Shown: positions 40,801 through 52,621 of the stretch, piece by piece | How positions within the stretch are numbered: the stretch's first letter is position 1 | Layout of the letters: every line of letters begins with the position of its first letter | NCBI RefSeq assembly: GCF_037042905.1 | Contig: NC_087251.1 | Location: 39,248,001 to 39,312,000, forward strand | Length of the DNA: 64,000 bases | Direction of reading: 5' to 3' | Origin: Lytechinus pictus | Taxonomy: Eukaryota | Notes under the pieces: generated by a model | Told to the model about the DNA's origin: nothing | Database searches by the model: none | Seen by the model: only the letters and a program-made list of their open reading frames with translations | Program-made: the position numbers and the translations under genes

Positions 40801-42212
40801 GAAAAGAAGAAGAGGAGGAAGAATGAGAAGATGAAGGGAAAAAAGAAGAAGAAAAGGAGAAGAAGAAGAAGAATGAAGATAAAGAAGAAGGGGATTCATA
40901 TAATTATATTTCAGTTTCCTCTTTGTTTACCACGTGAGACCAATTGTGTTTGATGTTACTTTTAATGAATTATTAATATGAATCCATCAAAATGCATTGA
41001 AATTAAAAAGTGGATATTACTAAAACAAAAACTTTCTGACTTCATTTTGTAATGTGTTGGGAAAAATCATGAACAGAAAAAAGGCACTACCGCGAAAAAT
41101 AAGAAGGCAAGAATAACGTACCGGCCACGCATATTTTATCGGCAACTTGACGGTTGTTTCTACAGATGGGGTAGGATCCGTTGATGAGGTTCCCTTGTCG
41201 ATATCGCCATCGACTGTCGATAATAAAGTGTTCCCGCCCAAGACACCGGATATAACTTCACCAAACACACATCGTCCATCGTATGTCGAACGAGGCTGGT
41301 AGGTTGTCAAGCAAACACGGAAGGCGACATCGCACTCGTCCATACAGTCTTGAATGCCATCGGTCGATGATGATGACGACGATGATAACGATGGTGTATC
41401 ACAGCATGAACCGTCCGCTAAATCGCCCTTTGGATCGACGTACGAGATCACGTCCAATTCAAAGTGACCATCTCCAGTCACTGACTTTGAATGAAAATTG
41501 TCAATATTCATACAATTGTTTTTGTTTTTAAACATTTTGTTCGGTTAATTACATAAATATATATTTTCATTTTTATTGCATCGGGGGAATTAAACGATTG
41601 CCATTTTAAGATCTGCTCTTGTGATAAGTATTTCAACGTGTAGAACAATGAGCTAATAATCAAACAGAGATTCCTTATAGCTTTCAAAATTCTTGCTCAT
41701 TTTCAATAAAAATAATCTAAGGATTTGTATACTTTAAGTAGGCCTAATAATAAATCGATATTTGTGAGAGAAACTGAGCACGTGGGGCGGGGTGCGGAAA
41801 GATTTGCGTTTAAACGAGGCTCCAAATCTCAAAACAAAATTACAATTAATGGCATTTTTTGCTTGAAAGAAAACAAAGTTGTATGTGATTGTTGAAGTTG
41901 CCCGTGAACCCCCTTGATTTAAAATGTAAGCTACGAAATCCATCGATTGTGCATTCATTTATTGACAAAATACGTTTCGATCATCAAAACACCTTCTTAT
42001 TCCTAGGGTTATACCCACTGAACTAGAACATGGTTATACCCTTTACGAGTAACGATATGCATGACGGGAAGAAATAAAGTGTAAAACAGTTGTCACAATG
42101 CTACAGAGAATATAAATACAAGAATTTAATGAAATACATACATTACCTTGCAATATATAATTAGTACAGATCCAACAAATAAGAATATTCCCAATGCTTT
42201 ATAAAATCCCAT
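16065..42212 (-). CDS. JAG1: Jagged/Serrate-family Notch ligand, 25 coding exons, 1334 aa (signal peptide, C2/MNNL, DSL, 16 EGF repeats, VWC/Cys-rich, TM, intracellular tail)
   Basis: Exons read by hand, all GT-AG and phase-consistent: 42212-42147, 41484-41122, 40332-40278, 39772-39353 (NAGNAG alternative start 39769), 38429-38369, 36315-36185, 31607-31488, 30912-30799, 30300-30187, 28825-28712, 27784-27738, 27263-27090, 26287-26137, 24831-24667, 24419-24306, 23771-23658, 22897-22784, 22000-21884, 21323-21210, 20634-20521, 20110-19986, 18865-18494, 17862-17731, 17083-16927, 16501-16065 (4005 nt, open). Signal peptide [67 protein letters not shown]. Serrate-type interrupted EGF10 ([15 protein letters not shown]). 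VWC ([24 protein letters not shown]). [26 protein letters not shown] followed by RRR. The symbol denotes the family (probable co-ortholog of JAG1/JAG2). Confidence 0.96.
19794..19850. repeat. (TA)n microsatellite
   Basis: Directly visible. Confidence 0.9.
25133..26051. mobile_element. Tc1/mariner-type MITE carrying a nested Harbinger-like MITE (25490-25869)
   Basis: Outer TIRs (T/C)AGTGCGTCCCA.AAAAAAGGAAACC with a TA duplication. Inner TIRs TACCCCTTTCATAAACCCA with a 3-bp TGA duplication. Confidence 0.72.
28890..29495. mobile_element. TTAA-flanked MITE (Kolobok-like); related partial copies at about 44513-44660 and 61178-61575
   Basis: TTAA|AGGACAAGTCCACC...GGTGGACTTGACCT|TTAA with long subterminal inverted similarity. 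Confidence 0.72.
31703..32976 (+). mobile_element. 5'-truncated, degenerate CR1-clade LINE (RT C-terminal half and 3' UTR), antisense in Jagged intron 6
   Basis: Frameshifted RT motifs (AFDSVPH-like, [36 protein letters not shown] 32152-32625) ending in a (GGTAA)n-like tail. Confidence 0.88.
32979..33520. repeat. Foldback element built from inverted tandem arrays of TTCGT(T/A)ATTCCGAAGG-like units
   Basis: Units switch orientation near 33300. Flanked by the direct repeat AGGTAGCT(CG) at 32971 and 33521. Confidence 0.78.
33796..34038. mobile_element. CACT-type MITE
   Basis: CACTCTAAAAATATTGGGTAAAA...TTTTACCCAATATTTTTGCAGTG with TA on both flanks. Confidence 0.62.
37865..38270. repeat. Purine-rich (GAA/AAG) low-complexity tract; similar tracts at 35480-35800 (pyrimidine), 40530-40890 and 43150-43400
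   Basis: Directly visible composition bias. Confidence 0.8.
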
Positions 42213-44859
42213 CTTTTAAATTCTTTACGTCCGTGCTCATGAATGGTGGAGTATTACAGATGCCACATGTAAATTTTAATCGGAACCTCGATCACAATTA
42301 TGTTCAACATGAATTCAATCACTTTCCAGAAATTAATTGAGTTGGTTAAAATATGAATATATATAGTTGCTATTCATATACATCCATCGAAATAATATGT
42401 CTATATATAAGAAATCATATAATAAAGTAAGTGCCTTGATATTCAGTCCTGATAAGAGAAATTGTTCAAGATGGGTCCAACAAAGATCCTCCAAACCCCT
42501 TCAGTAATCCAATGACGGATGAAACCAATGAAATAAAAGTATACACCAAAGGACTGGATATTTATACTGGCGGTCAATAAACACGGCCGCCACGCTGTAT
42601 GCAGATGAGTGTGAGAATACGTATACAGGTTGTTAATTAGGATTATTATTTAACCCTTGATGTGTTGATAGACCTCGCGTGAGTCTGGTAGACCTTGCGT
42701 GAGTCGACACGCGAGGGCCATAGCATACGACATAACCACCATTTACACTGACGATTTCCTTTTCTTTAGAAATGCTTATTTTAATCGGTTATCTTTATCT
42801 GCAGATTAAAAAAATGTCAAAGAATAGAAAGAGTTTTATCATATTATTTAATTGTATTCATGAAATTATGAATCTTTTATCAGCTTGATGAAAACAGAAC
42901 TCCCATTTTAAAATGTTTTACTGATATGATCACGTAAATATCCCTGTATTTAGATTGGTATACATTTTGGTTTTTTCTGTTTATTGTTGGCCCACTTTTT
43001 TATTTCCTTGTTTTGCTTTTTATTGTACTGATTGTCTATATGCTTTTCTTTATTTGTTATGTATTGTCCCTTTTATCATTTTATTGTATTAAGATGCGCA
43101 GGACTTTAAACAGTTTGTGACGAGAATATCTTGCTCTGGGTTAAACCGAATATCGAGGAAGGGGGGGGGGGGAAGAAGACGGAAAACGAGAAGGAGGAAG
43201 GGGATAAGCACATGATCGAGAACAGAAGAAGAAGAGAAAAAAATGAGACGGAAGATGGGGACAAAAATAAAAAGAAAAACAGAAGGAGGAGAGAAATAAA
43301 ACGAAAAGGAAGATGATGAAGAAATGTAGAGGATCGAGAAGGAGAAGAGAAATTACGAAGAAAGGAAATGAAAGGGGAGAAAGAAGGAGAAAATGACGAG
43401 GAGAATTATTAATATCTTATATTATTTGATCACTCAACATGAAACAATAGGCTATTGCCCTTCGTATCAACTTTCGACTTCTCGTGACCGCATACTGATG
43501 AAAGAAATACCATCTCACTGTGTAGAGGACCTGTTTCAATTAAAATGAAGCATTAATCATATTAATCAATAAGACAGCGGCGTTGACCAGAAACCGAGTT
43601 CTTCGTTCAAGCTATAGGAATTATGGAAGAAGCATTCGCTTCATTAGTGATGACATTGTTTACTGACGTTAATCCCGGGTGATGGGGTATATAGGGAAGG
43701 GGATGACCTGGACAAATATCTCCACTTTCCAAGTAAGGAAGGAATTCATATTTGCTTATCAGTAAATAATTGATAGGATTGTATAAAATTAAAAATTCTC
43801 TCTCAATTTTCCTGTGCCCAATTGAAAGGGATCCAACCCATCGTCGTTGTTGTTGTACCTAAATTATTTGATATATTTCATCCTCGGTGAATTCCTAAGT
43901 TTGACTATATTACGAAGCTTAAGTCAACTGCAAATAATATGGTTGTAGAAAGAAAAAAATGACCGGCATTTAAATATGAGTAACTTAACCCTCGATTTAC
44001 ACAATGCAAACGTGTTTCAAGTATTAGGTAGTGATTTAAACATTCGGCATGCATGTTAGGATGATCCCTACTCTTTTAAACTTTACCTCTCATAAACCTA
44101 TTTGAAACATGTACTTTCGCTACAATTTTCTCCTTTTTTGTCATGAAATCATGAATTTCCAGTGATTTTCATAAGTGCCCTTGCTACCTATGGCATGAGT
44201 CCACGTAAGATACCCATTGTATATGAGTGTCGATCGGTGTTTATGGTTGGGAAGGGGGATTACTGACCAAAATTTTGTTCTCTTTGACGGATTTTCTTTT
44301 AGTTTATATAGGGATAGGGAGTGAGTGGAGCGAGTGAGCAATAATTTTGACCTTCTTTATACAAAAATCCAGTTTTGTGATAAATTTGACATGATATATT
44401 TAAAAATTGTTAATTATTTAAGAATTTTTCTTTGCTTCCTTTCTTTTCTCCTTTCTTTCTTGGTCGTGATAGATTATGGGGTCCAAGGGTGATGCCCGGG
44501 GTAGTCTTTACATTAAAGGTCAAGTTCACCCCCAGAAAAAGGTTGATAGAATCATAAAAGAAAAATCATATAAGCATAATGCTGAAAATTTCATCAAAAT
44601 CGGTTGCAAATAAGAAAGTTATGGCATTTAAAAGTTTCGCTTATTTTTCACAAAACGGTTTTATCTTCATATAGTGCTTCTAGACCAAATTTTTTACGCT
44701 GAATATGAATATATGAGGTAACCAGGCTGTATCTTGAAAATTAACCCGTAAGGGAGCTTTTTTCAAAATGGCCGCCAAATTTTCAGTTGGCAAAACTTCT
44801 ATAGTCCCCCTGAAGTGGGTCAGGCTTCGATGTGGCAGCAATTCTTTATATTATAATTA

Positions 44860-46420
44860 TAGCTGAAAGAGGGAAACCCACTCTTTCCTCTCTAAGTAGT
44901 TTCAAGAATATGAAATTGGGTGTTTTATACAGCAGAAGTGCATATTGCCTCAATGGGGGCTAAAAATGGTGAATTTTCAAATAATTAGGCAATGCAAAAA
45001 GGGGTGGGGTAGTTTGACAGCCGCCCAGAGGGGTAAGCTTCAATGTTCCAGCACCTTTTTTATAGGTAGAGCAAAGCATATTCTTTCCTCTCTAATACCT
45101 CGGTCACATTTGCTCTACGGCTGCCGTACAGCGAGCCGAAAACAGCCGTTTTATTCATTTTTTTCAAACCACCAATATCAAACTGGTGCAAACAAATGTT
45201 AAAATGGCTGTTTTCGACTTGCCGTACCGCGGCCGCCGTATAGAGCAAATATGACCGAGGTATATATTAGTGGTTAGGCAGCAAAAGTGGCAGAAGATCA
45301 AAGATGCCTTTTTACCTCAATGGGCAAAGCAAAGCAAAGCCTACCCTTTCCTCTCCAAGTGGTTTCAAAGGAGTAAAAAAGACAGAACTATAATCAGAAA
45401 TGACTTTTTTACCTCAATGGGGGCTCCAAAATGGTGAATTTTCCAATAAATAGGCAATAATACATAGAGGGTGATTTTGATAGCCCCCAGAAGGGGGTAG
45501 GTTTTAATTTGCCAACACTTCTTTAGATGTATCCGATAGACCAAAGCCTATTCTTTCCTATCTAAGTGGTTTCAAGGCAGTAAAAGTGGCAGAACAATAT
45601 ATCAGAGACGCCTTTTTGCCTCAATGAGGGCTCCAAAATAGTGATTTTCCAATACATAGGCAAATACCGAAAATTGGTGGGGTAACTTCTACAGCTGCCT
45701 GAAGGGGATAGGCTTCGATTTGCCAACACGTCTTTATATAGCTGATAGAACAAAGCCTACTCTTTCTTCTCCAAGTCATTGCAAGAAGATAAAATTGGCT
45801 GTACGATATAGTAGAAACGCCCTTTTGCCTCAATGGGTGATCCAAAATGGTGAAATTTCTATAAATATACATGATATAGAGGGGGGTTGACTTAGACAGC
45901 CCCTGAGAGGGCTGGGGTTCGATGTACCAGCACTTATTTATATGTAGCTGGTAGAACACTTTACTCTTTCCTCTCTAAGTGGTTTCAGATCAATAAAATG
46001 GGGTGTACAACAAAGTACAAACGCTTTTTGGCCTCAATGTTGAGTCCAAAATGGTGAATTTTCAAATAAATTGGCAATAAGCAAAAGGGGGAGGGGTGCT
46101 TGTAGGCTTCCATGTGCCACTTCTTTAGATGTAGCTGGTAGAATAAAGCTTTTCCTCTCCACGTGGTTTCAAAGCAATTAAAGTGGCTGTATTGTTTAGC
46201 AGAAATTCCATTTGCCTCAATGGGTGCTCCAAAAAAGTGGTTTTCCCCCCAATAATTAGGCAATATACAACAACATGATATAGCCAAGGGCAGGGGGGTT
46301 GACTTCGACACCCCCACCCCCTGAGAGAGTTAAGCCTCGATGTGCCAACATTTTTTTTGATGTAGCTGATACAGAAAAGCATATTCTTAACCCTCCAAGT
46401 GGTTAAAAAGCAGAGATAAT
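44860..46420. repeat. Diverged tandem array of ~200-bp units (about 7-8 copies), one unit interrupted by a hairpin MITE (45096-45262)
   Basis: Recurring CTTTCCTCT(C)yAAGTGGTTTCAA..CCTCAATGGGG..CCAAAATGGTGAATTT, with unit anchors near 44883, 45083, 45346, 45553, 45762, 45966, 46151 and 46390. Confidence 0.75.
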
Positions 46421-46749
46421 TGCGTTTGATTGAAATGGAAAAAAAGAATGAAAAGGTAAATAAAACGCGAGCTGCAATTTTGGAAAAATTGACCTACAAA
46501 TAAACCATTTTGAGGACTATTATTGTAGGTTTTCTTGGGTATACTTTCCAATTATACACTCTTTTTAAATTCAGTTCTCATTTCTTTTGTATTTTTTCCA
46601 CTTATTTTACATCATTTACTGAGATAATTTTCAAAAATTTTATAAAAACAAATGTAGGCCTACAATTTCGGTAACAAGTTACTATCAGTCAATCAAATTG
46701 AATATCAGTAGCCCATGCAGTAGCTTTTAACTGTCATTGAAAACTGTAT

Positions 46750-48618
46750 TGAGTATGAAGGATCAGTAGCTAAGGAGGTAGCCTCAAACCCGAAGAGATT
46801 TTGGAAGTATGCCAACAGGAAAATAAAATCAAGACCTGGAATAAGTGATCTAGTAAACTCAGAGTTCAGACATAGAAAAGGCAAAACTTTTTAATGACTT
46901 CTTTTCAAGCGTTTTTGTCAATGAGAATTTGGATTTTATGCCAGATATAAATTGGCAATACTCTAGTCCACCACTATCTGATGTAATTATTACTAGAGAA
47001 AAGGTAGAAAAGAAAGTTCTTAAACTGAATGGAAGCAAATCTCCAGGTCCAGACGAAATGCATCCAAGACTGTTGAAGGAAACTGCACGTTCCATTTCTG
47101 TTCCACTACAAATCATTTTTGAGAAGTCATTTGATGAAGGCATGCTTCCTGGTGATTGGAAAGTCGGAAACACAACTCCGCTACACAAAAAGGGAAGCAA
47201 GAAGAACATTGAAAACTATAGACCAATAAGTTTAACTTCAGTGGTTGGAAAACTGATTGAAAGTTTAATTCGTGATATAGTGATGCAACATCTGATGGAT
47301 CATAATTTACTTTCAAACTGTTAACATGGATTTACTCCAAATCGGTCCTGTATGACACAACTTTTATGTGCAATGGAAGAAATGACAGGCAAACTTGATG
47401 CTGGAATTCCTATTGATGTCATTTATTTAGACTTTTGTAAAGCATTTGACTCTGTTCCTCATGAAAGGCTTCTCAAGAAATTAATGTCATATGGTATAGT
47501 TGGAAAATTACATGCTTGGATAAGAGCCTTTGTAACAGGAAGGGAACAGAGAGTGACTATCAACGGTGAAAGTTCTGATTGGAGTCAAGTAAGCAGCGGA
47601 ATTCCGCAAGGGAGCGTGTTAGGACCCATTCTCTTTGTCATCTTTATAAATGATTTACCTAATATTTTGGACAATTCTGTGCATATTTTTGCCGACGATA
47701 CCAAAATCATCGGTGATATTAGCTTTGATGTTAAACAAAAGACTCTTCAAGCAGACCTTACTCATGCTGTCGAATGGAGTGAAACCTGGCAACTTAAGTT
47801 TAATACTAAGAAATGCAAGGTTCTACATATTGGAAAGAACAATTCAAGAAGTGTTTATACTATGAATGGAGATGAATTGGAACCATGTAAGCAGGAGAAA
47901 GATCTCGGTGTTATTATGGATGAAGAGCTCAATTTTCACCATGTCTCAGCAGCTGTTTTGAAAGCTAACCAAATACTTGGAATAATACACAGGACTTTTT
48001 TCAAATAACCCCTGAAATATTACCAATTTTGTTTGTATCTCTGGATCGACCTCATCTGGAATATGGGAATATTTTATGGCATGTGAGATTCAAAATGGAT
48101 GCAGACAAAGTAGAGAAGGTGCAAAGGAGAGCTACTCGCATGATTCCTGGTCTCCAGAGCTTACCGTATGAGCAACGTCTAGATAGACTAAACCTTCACT
48201 CACTGTTTTACAGAAGACGAAGAGGAGATATGCTGTGTACAAACTGTTAAATGGAAAGTTTGGGATCTCGAGAGACATATTTTTCACACCAGCAATCCAT
48301 TCAGCAACTAGAGGTCACAAGTTCAAGCTCTATTCACAGGACGATCTCGGTTGGAACTTAGGAGCAAATTTTTTAGTCAAAGAGTAATTTCTGACTGGAA
48401 CAAACTGCCTACAGAAGTAGTGGAATCAAAATCAGTGGAAATGTTTAAACATCTGTTGGATAAGTTTTGGTAGGGGGAAAGATTTAAAACCTCCATTTCT
48501 CAACGCACGTAAAGTCTCACAAGTTTAAACTGTCTAGATAATCGTCAATTACCAGAAGTTAAGATCGGAAAACCTACAGGAGAAGTCCTTCATTTCCGTA
48601 CCTGATGTGATGTGATGT
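46750..48618 (+). mobile_element. 5'-truncated CR1-clade LINE, RT pseudogene
   Basis: ORFs 46929-47324, 47352-48008 and 48029-48250 carry [47 protein letters not shown] and EKVQRRAT, broken by stops and frameshifts. (TGATG)n tail near 48603-48618. Confidence 0.92.
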
Positions 48619-49397
48619 TATTTTAACCGCAAGTTTTTTTTTTTAAACGGGCCCCATATTGGTCATTTTACGTTTTTGTATTGGTTTGGGGGGAAAAGTG
48701 GGGTGTAGCCCCCTCCCCCCCCGCGGCCACTGGACAGTTATTCGTTACTCGTATTATTAGATCTGTGCTTGCATCATCGTAAATTTAAAAAAAAATTATG
48801 TATATCGGCGACATGCGTGGAAGAGGGTCCTTCCTGGCGCTGCACAGCAGCTGCCAGGCCCACGATCAATTCGGCAAAACAAATTTTCTGAGTATTTCAT
48901 TTCCGATGTCTATTTCGAAGTTCGAAGTAACAATAAACTTTTTTTTATCCGACTTTATATAGAGAACAACGATTCTGATTTTGTTTTTTTCTTTTTACGT
49001 TTGGATTTCAACGATGCCTTAGATTATGAGAGTCTGAATCTGCACTGAGTTTGCCTGGAAAAATGGACAGAATTCAAGTTTATGCAAGCTCTGACAGCGA
49101 AAGTGATCATGAAGGGTTTCATGAAAGGTAATATTTTGGAAATTTGTTTTTGGTCCGCTTCACATTTTAAAAACGCGACGCTTTACCGGGTACTGCTGTC
49201 TACCGTCATGCGCCTCTGCGTAGCCTGGAGGCGTCTGGGGAGTGAAAGACATATACTGTACGTATGGTCCCTCCCCTAACGCCTGGGAGCCTAAGCTATA
49301 TTCCCACACGCACGGGTACAAAACCTGAAACTTTCGCCCCCGAGATTTCTACTTTCCCTCTAAAAGATCTAGCCCTAAAACATGTACATGGAGTTAA

Positions 49398-52300
49398 CCC
49401 TTTAGCACCTACAGATTATATGCATAATGGGCAATCTCTCACTGGAGGAAACAATAAAACTGGTAATAAGTAGGCATTGTTCCAAACAAATTGAAATAGT
49501 TTCTTATACATTCACTTTCGTTCATTACAAGTTATATTTATTTTGTAGCAAATGACCTGCTGAACAGAATGGTACATAGCAGAGATCAATCAGATGTACG
49601 AATGTTGACCTTTGACCTTTGGATAGTCAACAAAAAGAAGAAAAACTATATATTTGCAATGATACCATCTACAGAATCATCTACAGAATAGATGATTGAT
49701 TATTAGAAGTGAAGATGACCTTTTGAATCAATCATGGTTCAAATTTGAAACAAATATTTGTCAATATATGTATACATACTACGAAAGATAAACAATGCAT
49801 TAGTCTTCAGTCAAGACTTTTCCCGGAAGTACTGAAAAAAGTAATTATGACATAAATGAAGATTAAAATCTGCTGAATTACACTATGGGAGAAACTTTGG
49901 TCTCCTTTCCTCTTATACAAACACACACATACATTCACAAACAAAGAAATGCACAAACAAATAAACAAACAAACAAATAAACAAACAAATAAACAACAAA
50001 TAAACAAACACACAAACAAACAACCAAATACATGTACAAACACAAACATAATGTGCCTTATAAATATGACTCTATTCTAAACGTTCAAAATCATTCAGTT
50101 TACAAATGTTCAAGCATTCCGAAAAAGATACTGTCTAAACGATGTTATGCCACTCGTTGAAACACGGGTTTTTGCATAGATTCAGTCTGCATCCCGTGCA
50201 CCCAAACTTTGTCTGAACACTTTCACCACTTGGGGCTTTCCTCCCAGCCTTCTTACACTGCATGCAGACTTTCTTCCTGTCGCCGAATGCCACAAGACTG
50301 TGACCAATGATGACATCCTTTGCCACCACCTTTTCAATGGGACGATCACCATCAGCACTTGAACGACGCTTACGAGAAGAAAATCCATCCCCAAGCTGAT
50401 GGATGAGGGCCAACTTGAACGCTTTCAGGGACCAACTCCTGCAATTTGAGGGATGCGGTCTCGTTGAAAGTTCCCACAGAATGTATGCATTCACCATGGC
50501 AATGTTGAGGAGGCCCCACATGAGGTACTTCCACCACCTTCTTCCCGTCCGGCCAACATTGTAATAGCTTCTTAGTTGATCAGCGTGATCAACACCGCCC
50601 ATCTCAGCGTTGTAATCCTGAATGACCGTTGGGATTGAGATCCTCTCATCTCTGCGAAACTTTGTACGTGACTTCTGCCCATCAGACCCATCGTTGTTCG
50701 TGGAGATCAGATACACGTCCCTCTTGTCCTTCCATCTTGTGACTGTAACCGCGTTCCTGGCCCACTTCACGTTGTCATACTTTTCTAGCCGAACTTGTTG
50801 TAGCTCACGTGGGATACCAACGCGATCCTTTCGGAGGGTACCGCAGTAATAAGTGTCTGCCTGAAGGAGGTCTTCAACGAGGGGCAGAGATGAAAAGAAG
50901 TTGTCAGCGTAGACAATGTGATTCCGTAACAGATACTGGTTCAGTAGCCCCATCACCACCGTATACCCCAGGCCAAATTGTTGAACAAGTTCAGCGTCCA
51001 TTCCCCTGCCTGTGTACACTTGGAAGGTAAGGCAGTATCCTGTCTTCGAGTCACACAGGCACCATAGTTTGATGCCCCATTTCGTTGGCTTTTTTGGCAT
51101 GTATTGTTTCCATGCCAACCTCCCATTATATTTGATCATCGCTTCATCCACCGAGAGGGTCTGTCCTGGCACAAACATGCTTGAGAAATTCTCTTGCAGA
51201 ACATTTACAAAATCCCTAACCTTGTGAATTTTATCATCTTCCTCATGCCGTTCGCGGACATTACTGCAATGGAGATATTGACATAGTTTCTCGTAGCGGT
51301 TTTTGGTCATCAACTTTGAAATGTACTCATTTCTGAGGGCCTGATCTTGTGACCAGCAATCATTGTATTCAGCTGTCCTTGTTATACCCATGAGTGTGTT
51401 GATTGCAACAAAGGCCATCATTTCCTTGTCATTGGTTGGGGTCCATGCAGGATCTGAAGAGGCGTATTCGTCATTGTTGTCGGCATCTACTGCGGGTTTC
51501 TTTGTAGCTGCATTTATGTTTGTGTTTCTAGCTAACATCTCAAAGAAATCCTCCCCTATCACACACTTTAGATAGTCTAGTTCTGGAGCATCATACGGAA
51601 GATTGCATTTCGGTCCGCTATTTTCCCCGTAGGCACCCAAGTTGACATCTGGAATGTTGTTGGACCATCCATCCGGTGGGTTTGACATTCGGCGCTGTCC
51701 TGGTACCTGACGAACTTGTGGCGCATCCGCGTTGTCAGGATTGTCGTTCACGTCAATGAAAGCCCCTCCATCACCATCATCAGTTTCATCATCATCACCA
51801 GTATCCTCATCATGTCCTTGGTATTCGACAGGTTCGTCAACGGTAACTCCATCGCTGTCGTCTTCCTGAAGAAAAAAAAAACAATGTCAATGAGTCAAAC
51901 AATCACAAACACAGTGTCAGTCACAGTTCAGAATCAATCAAAACATTCAAAATAAAATCATCATAATAAATACAACTCTCAAACTTTATTTACATGCGAA
52001 GATGAACTGCTATTTGCTCTAAAATACACATAAAATATACGTAAATAAGATCAAAACATTATAAAAATCGTCTGCAGAGCGAGAAGGAATAGAACTAAAA
52101 GCAAAAGTTCAGGTTTCAGCCACCCTAGTCCCAAGCCTTCAAAAAAATGTAAAGTATTACTGACAGAATGAAAATATAACTAAAATTTTCGCAAAATCTA
52201 GGATAAAATATGTCAAAAATTAATTCCAACTCACATCTGAATCGTCGATATCGACTTCGATGTCACTCTGTGTGATATCCAACGTTTTGATGAACTCTTC

Positions 52301-52621
52301 ATCATATAGCAACGCCCGAGCTTCTTCGGCGGAGTAAGTGGTTTTCCGGGACGTGGACGCAGCCATCTTTGCTGAGATCGACTGCGCAACAGTCTGGAAC
52401 TTGCTACACACCGTTGCGTGTCAATCGTTTTTTCTCGAAAATACTCAATAGGAGCATACACTTTTCTATGCGGATTTATACAGCAGCCAACCTATACAGC
52501 ATGCACACGCAATATTAGCACGGCAAATCATTCACAAGAGATACTATAGCGCAGGTAAAACGCACGGGCGGTTCAGGGCGGTTCAGTGTGAAATAGGAAG
52601 GGCGGTTTAGGTGCTAAAGGG
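49398..52621 (-). mobile_element. Full-length piggyBac DNA transposon (3224 bp)
   Basis: Perfect 14-bp TIRs CCCTTTAGCACCTA (49398-49411, 52608-52621). TTAA duplications at 49394-49397 and 52622-52625. Three GGGCGGTTYAG subterminal repeats at 52566-52610. Internal transposase gene. Confidence 0.96.
50135..52366 (-). CDS. piggyBac transposase (PGBD4-like), 2 exons, 620 aa
   Basis: Exon 1 52366-52235 (MAASTSRKTTYSAEEARALL..DDSD, donor GTGAGT), 369-nt phase-0 intron, acceptor TTTTCTTCAG, exon 2 51865-50135 in frame with the 538-aa ORF. Catalytic D-D-D motifs LSVDEAM, YADNFFSS, MGGVDHADQ. KPTKWGIK motif, acidic N-terminus, C-terminal Cys-rich domain CxxC..CxxCxxxxC..C...H. Confidence 0.93.

Noticed and set aside
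16065..42212. Delta or Notch assignment
   Set aside because: Sixteen EGF repeats plus a VWC/Cys-rich domain and the interrupted EGF10 indicate Serrate/Jagged. There are no LNR or ankyrin repeats.
46929..48250. Functional reverse transcriptase or retron-like system
   Set aside because: It has in-frame stops and frameshifts, no endonuclease domain and ordinary CR1 motifs, so it is a dead LINE fragment.
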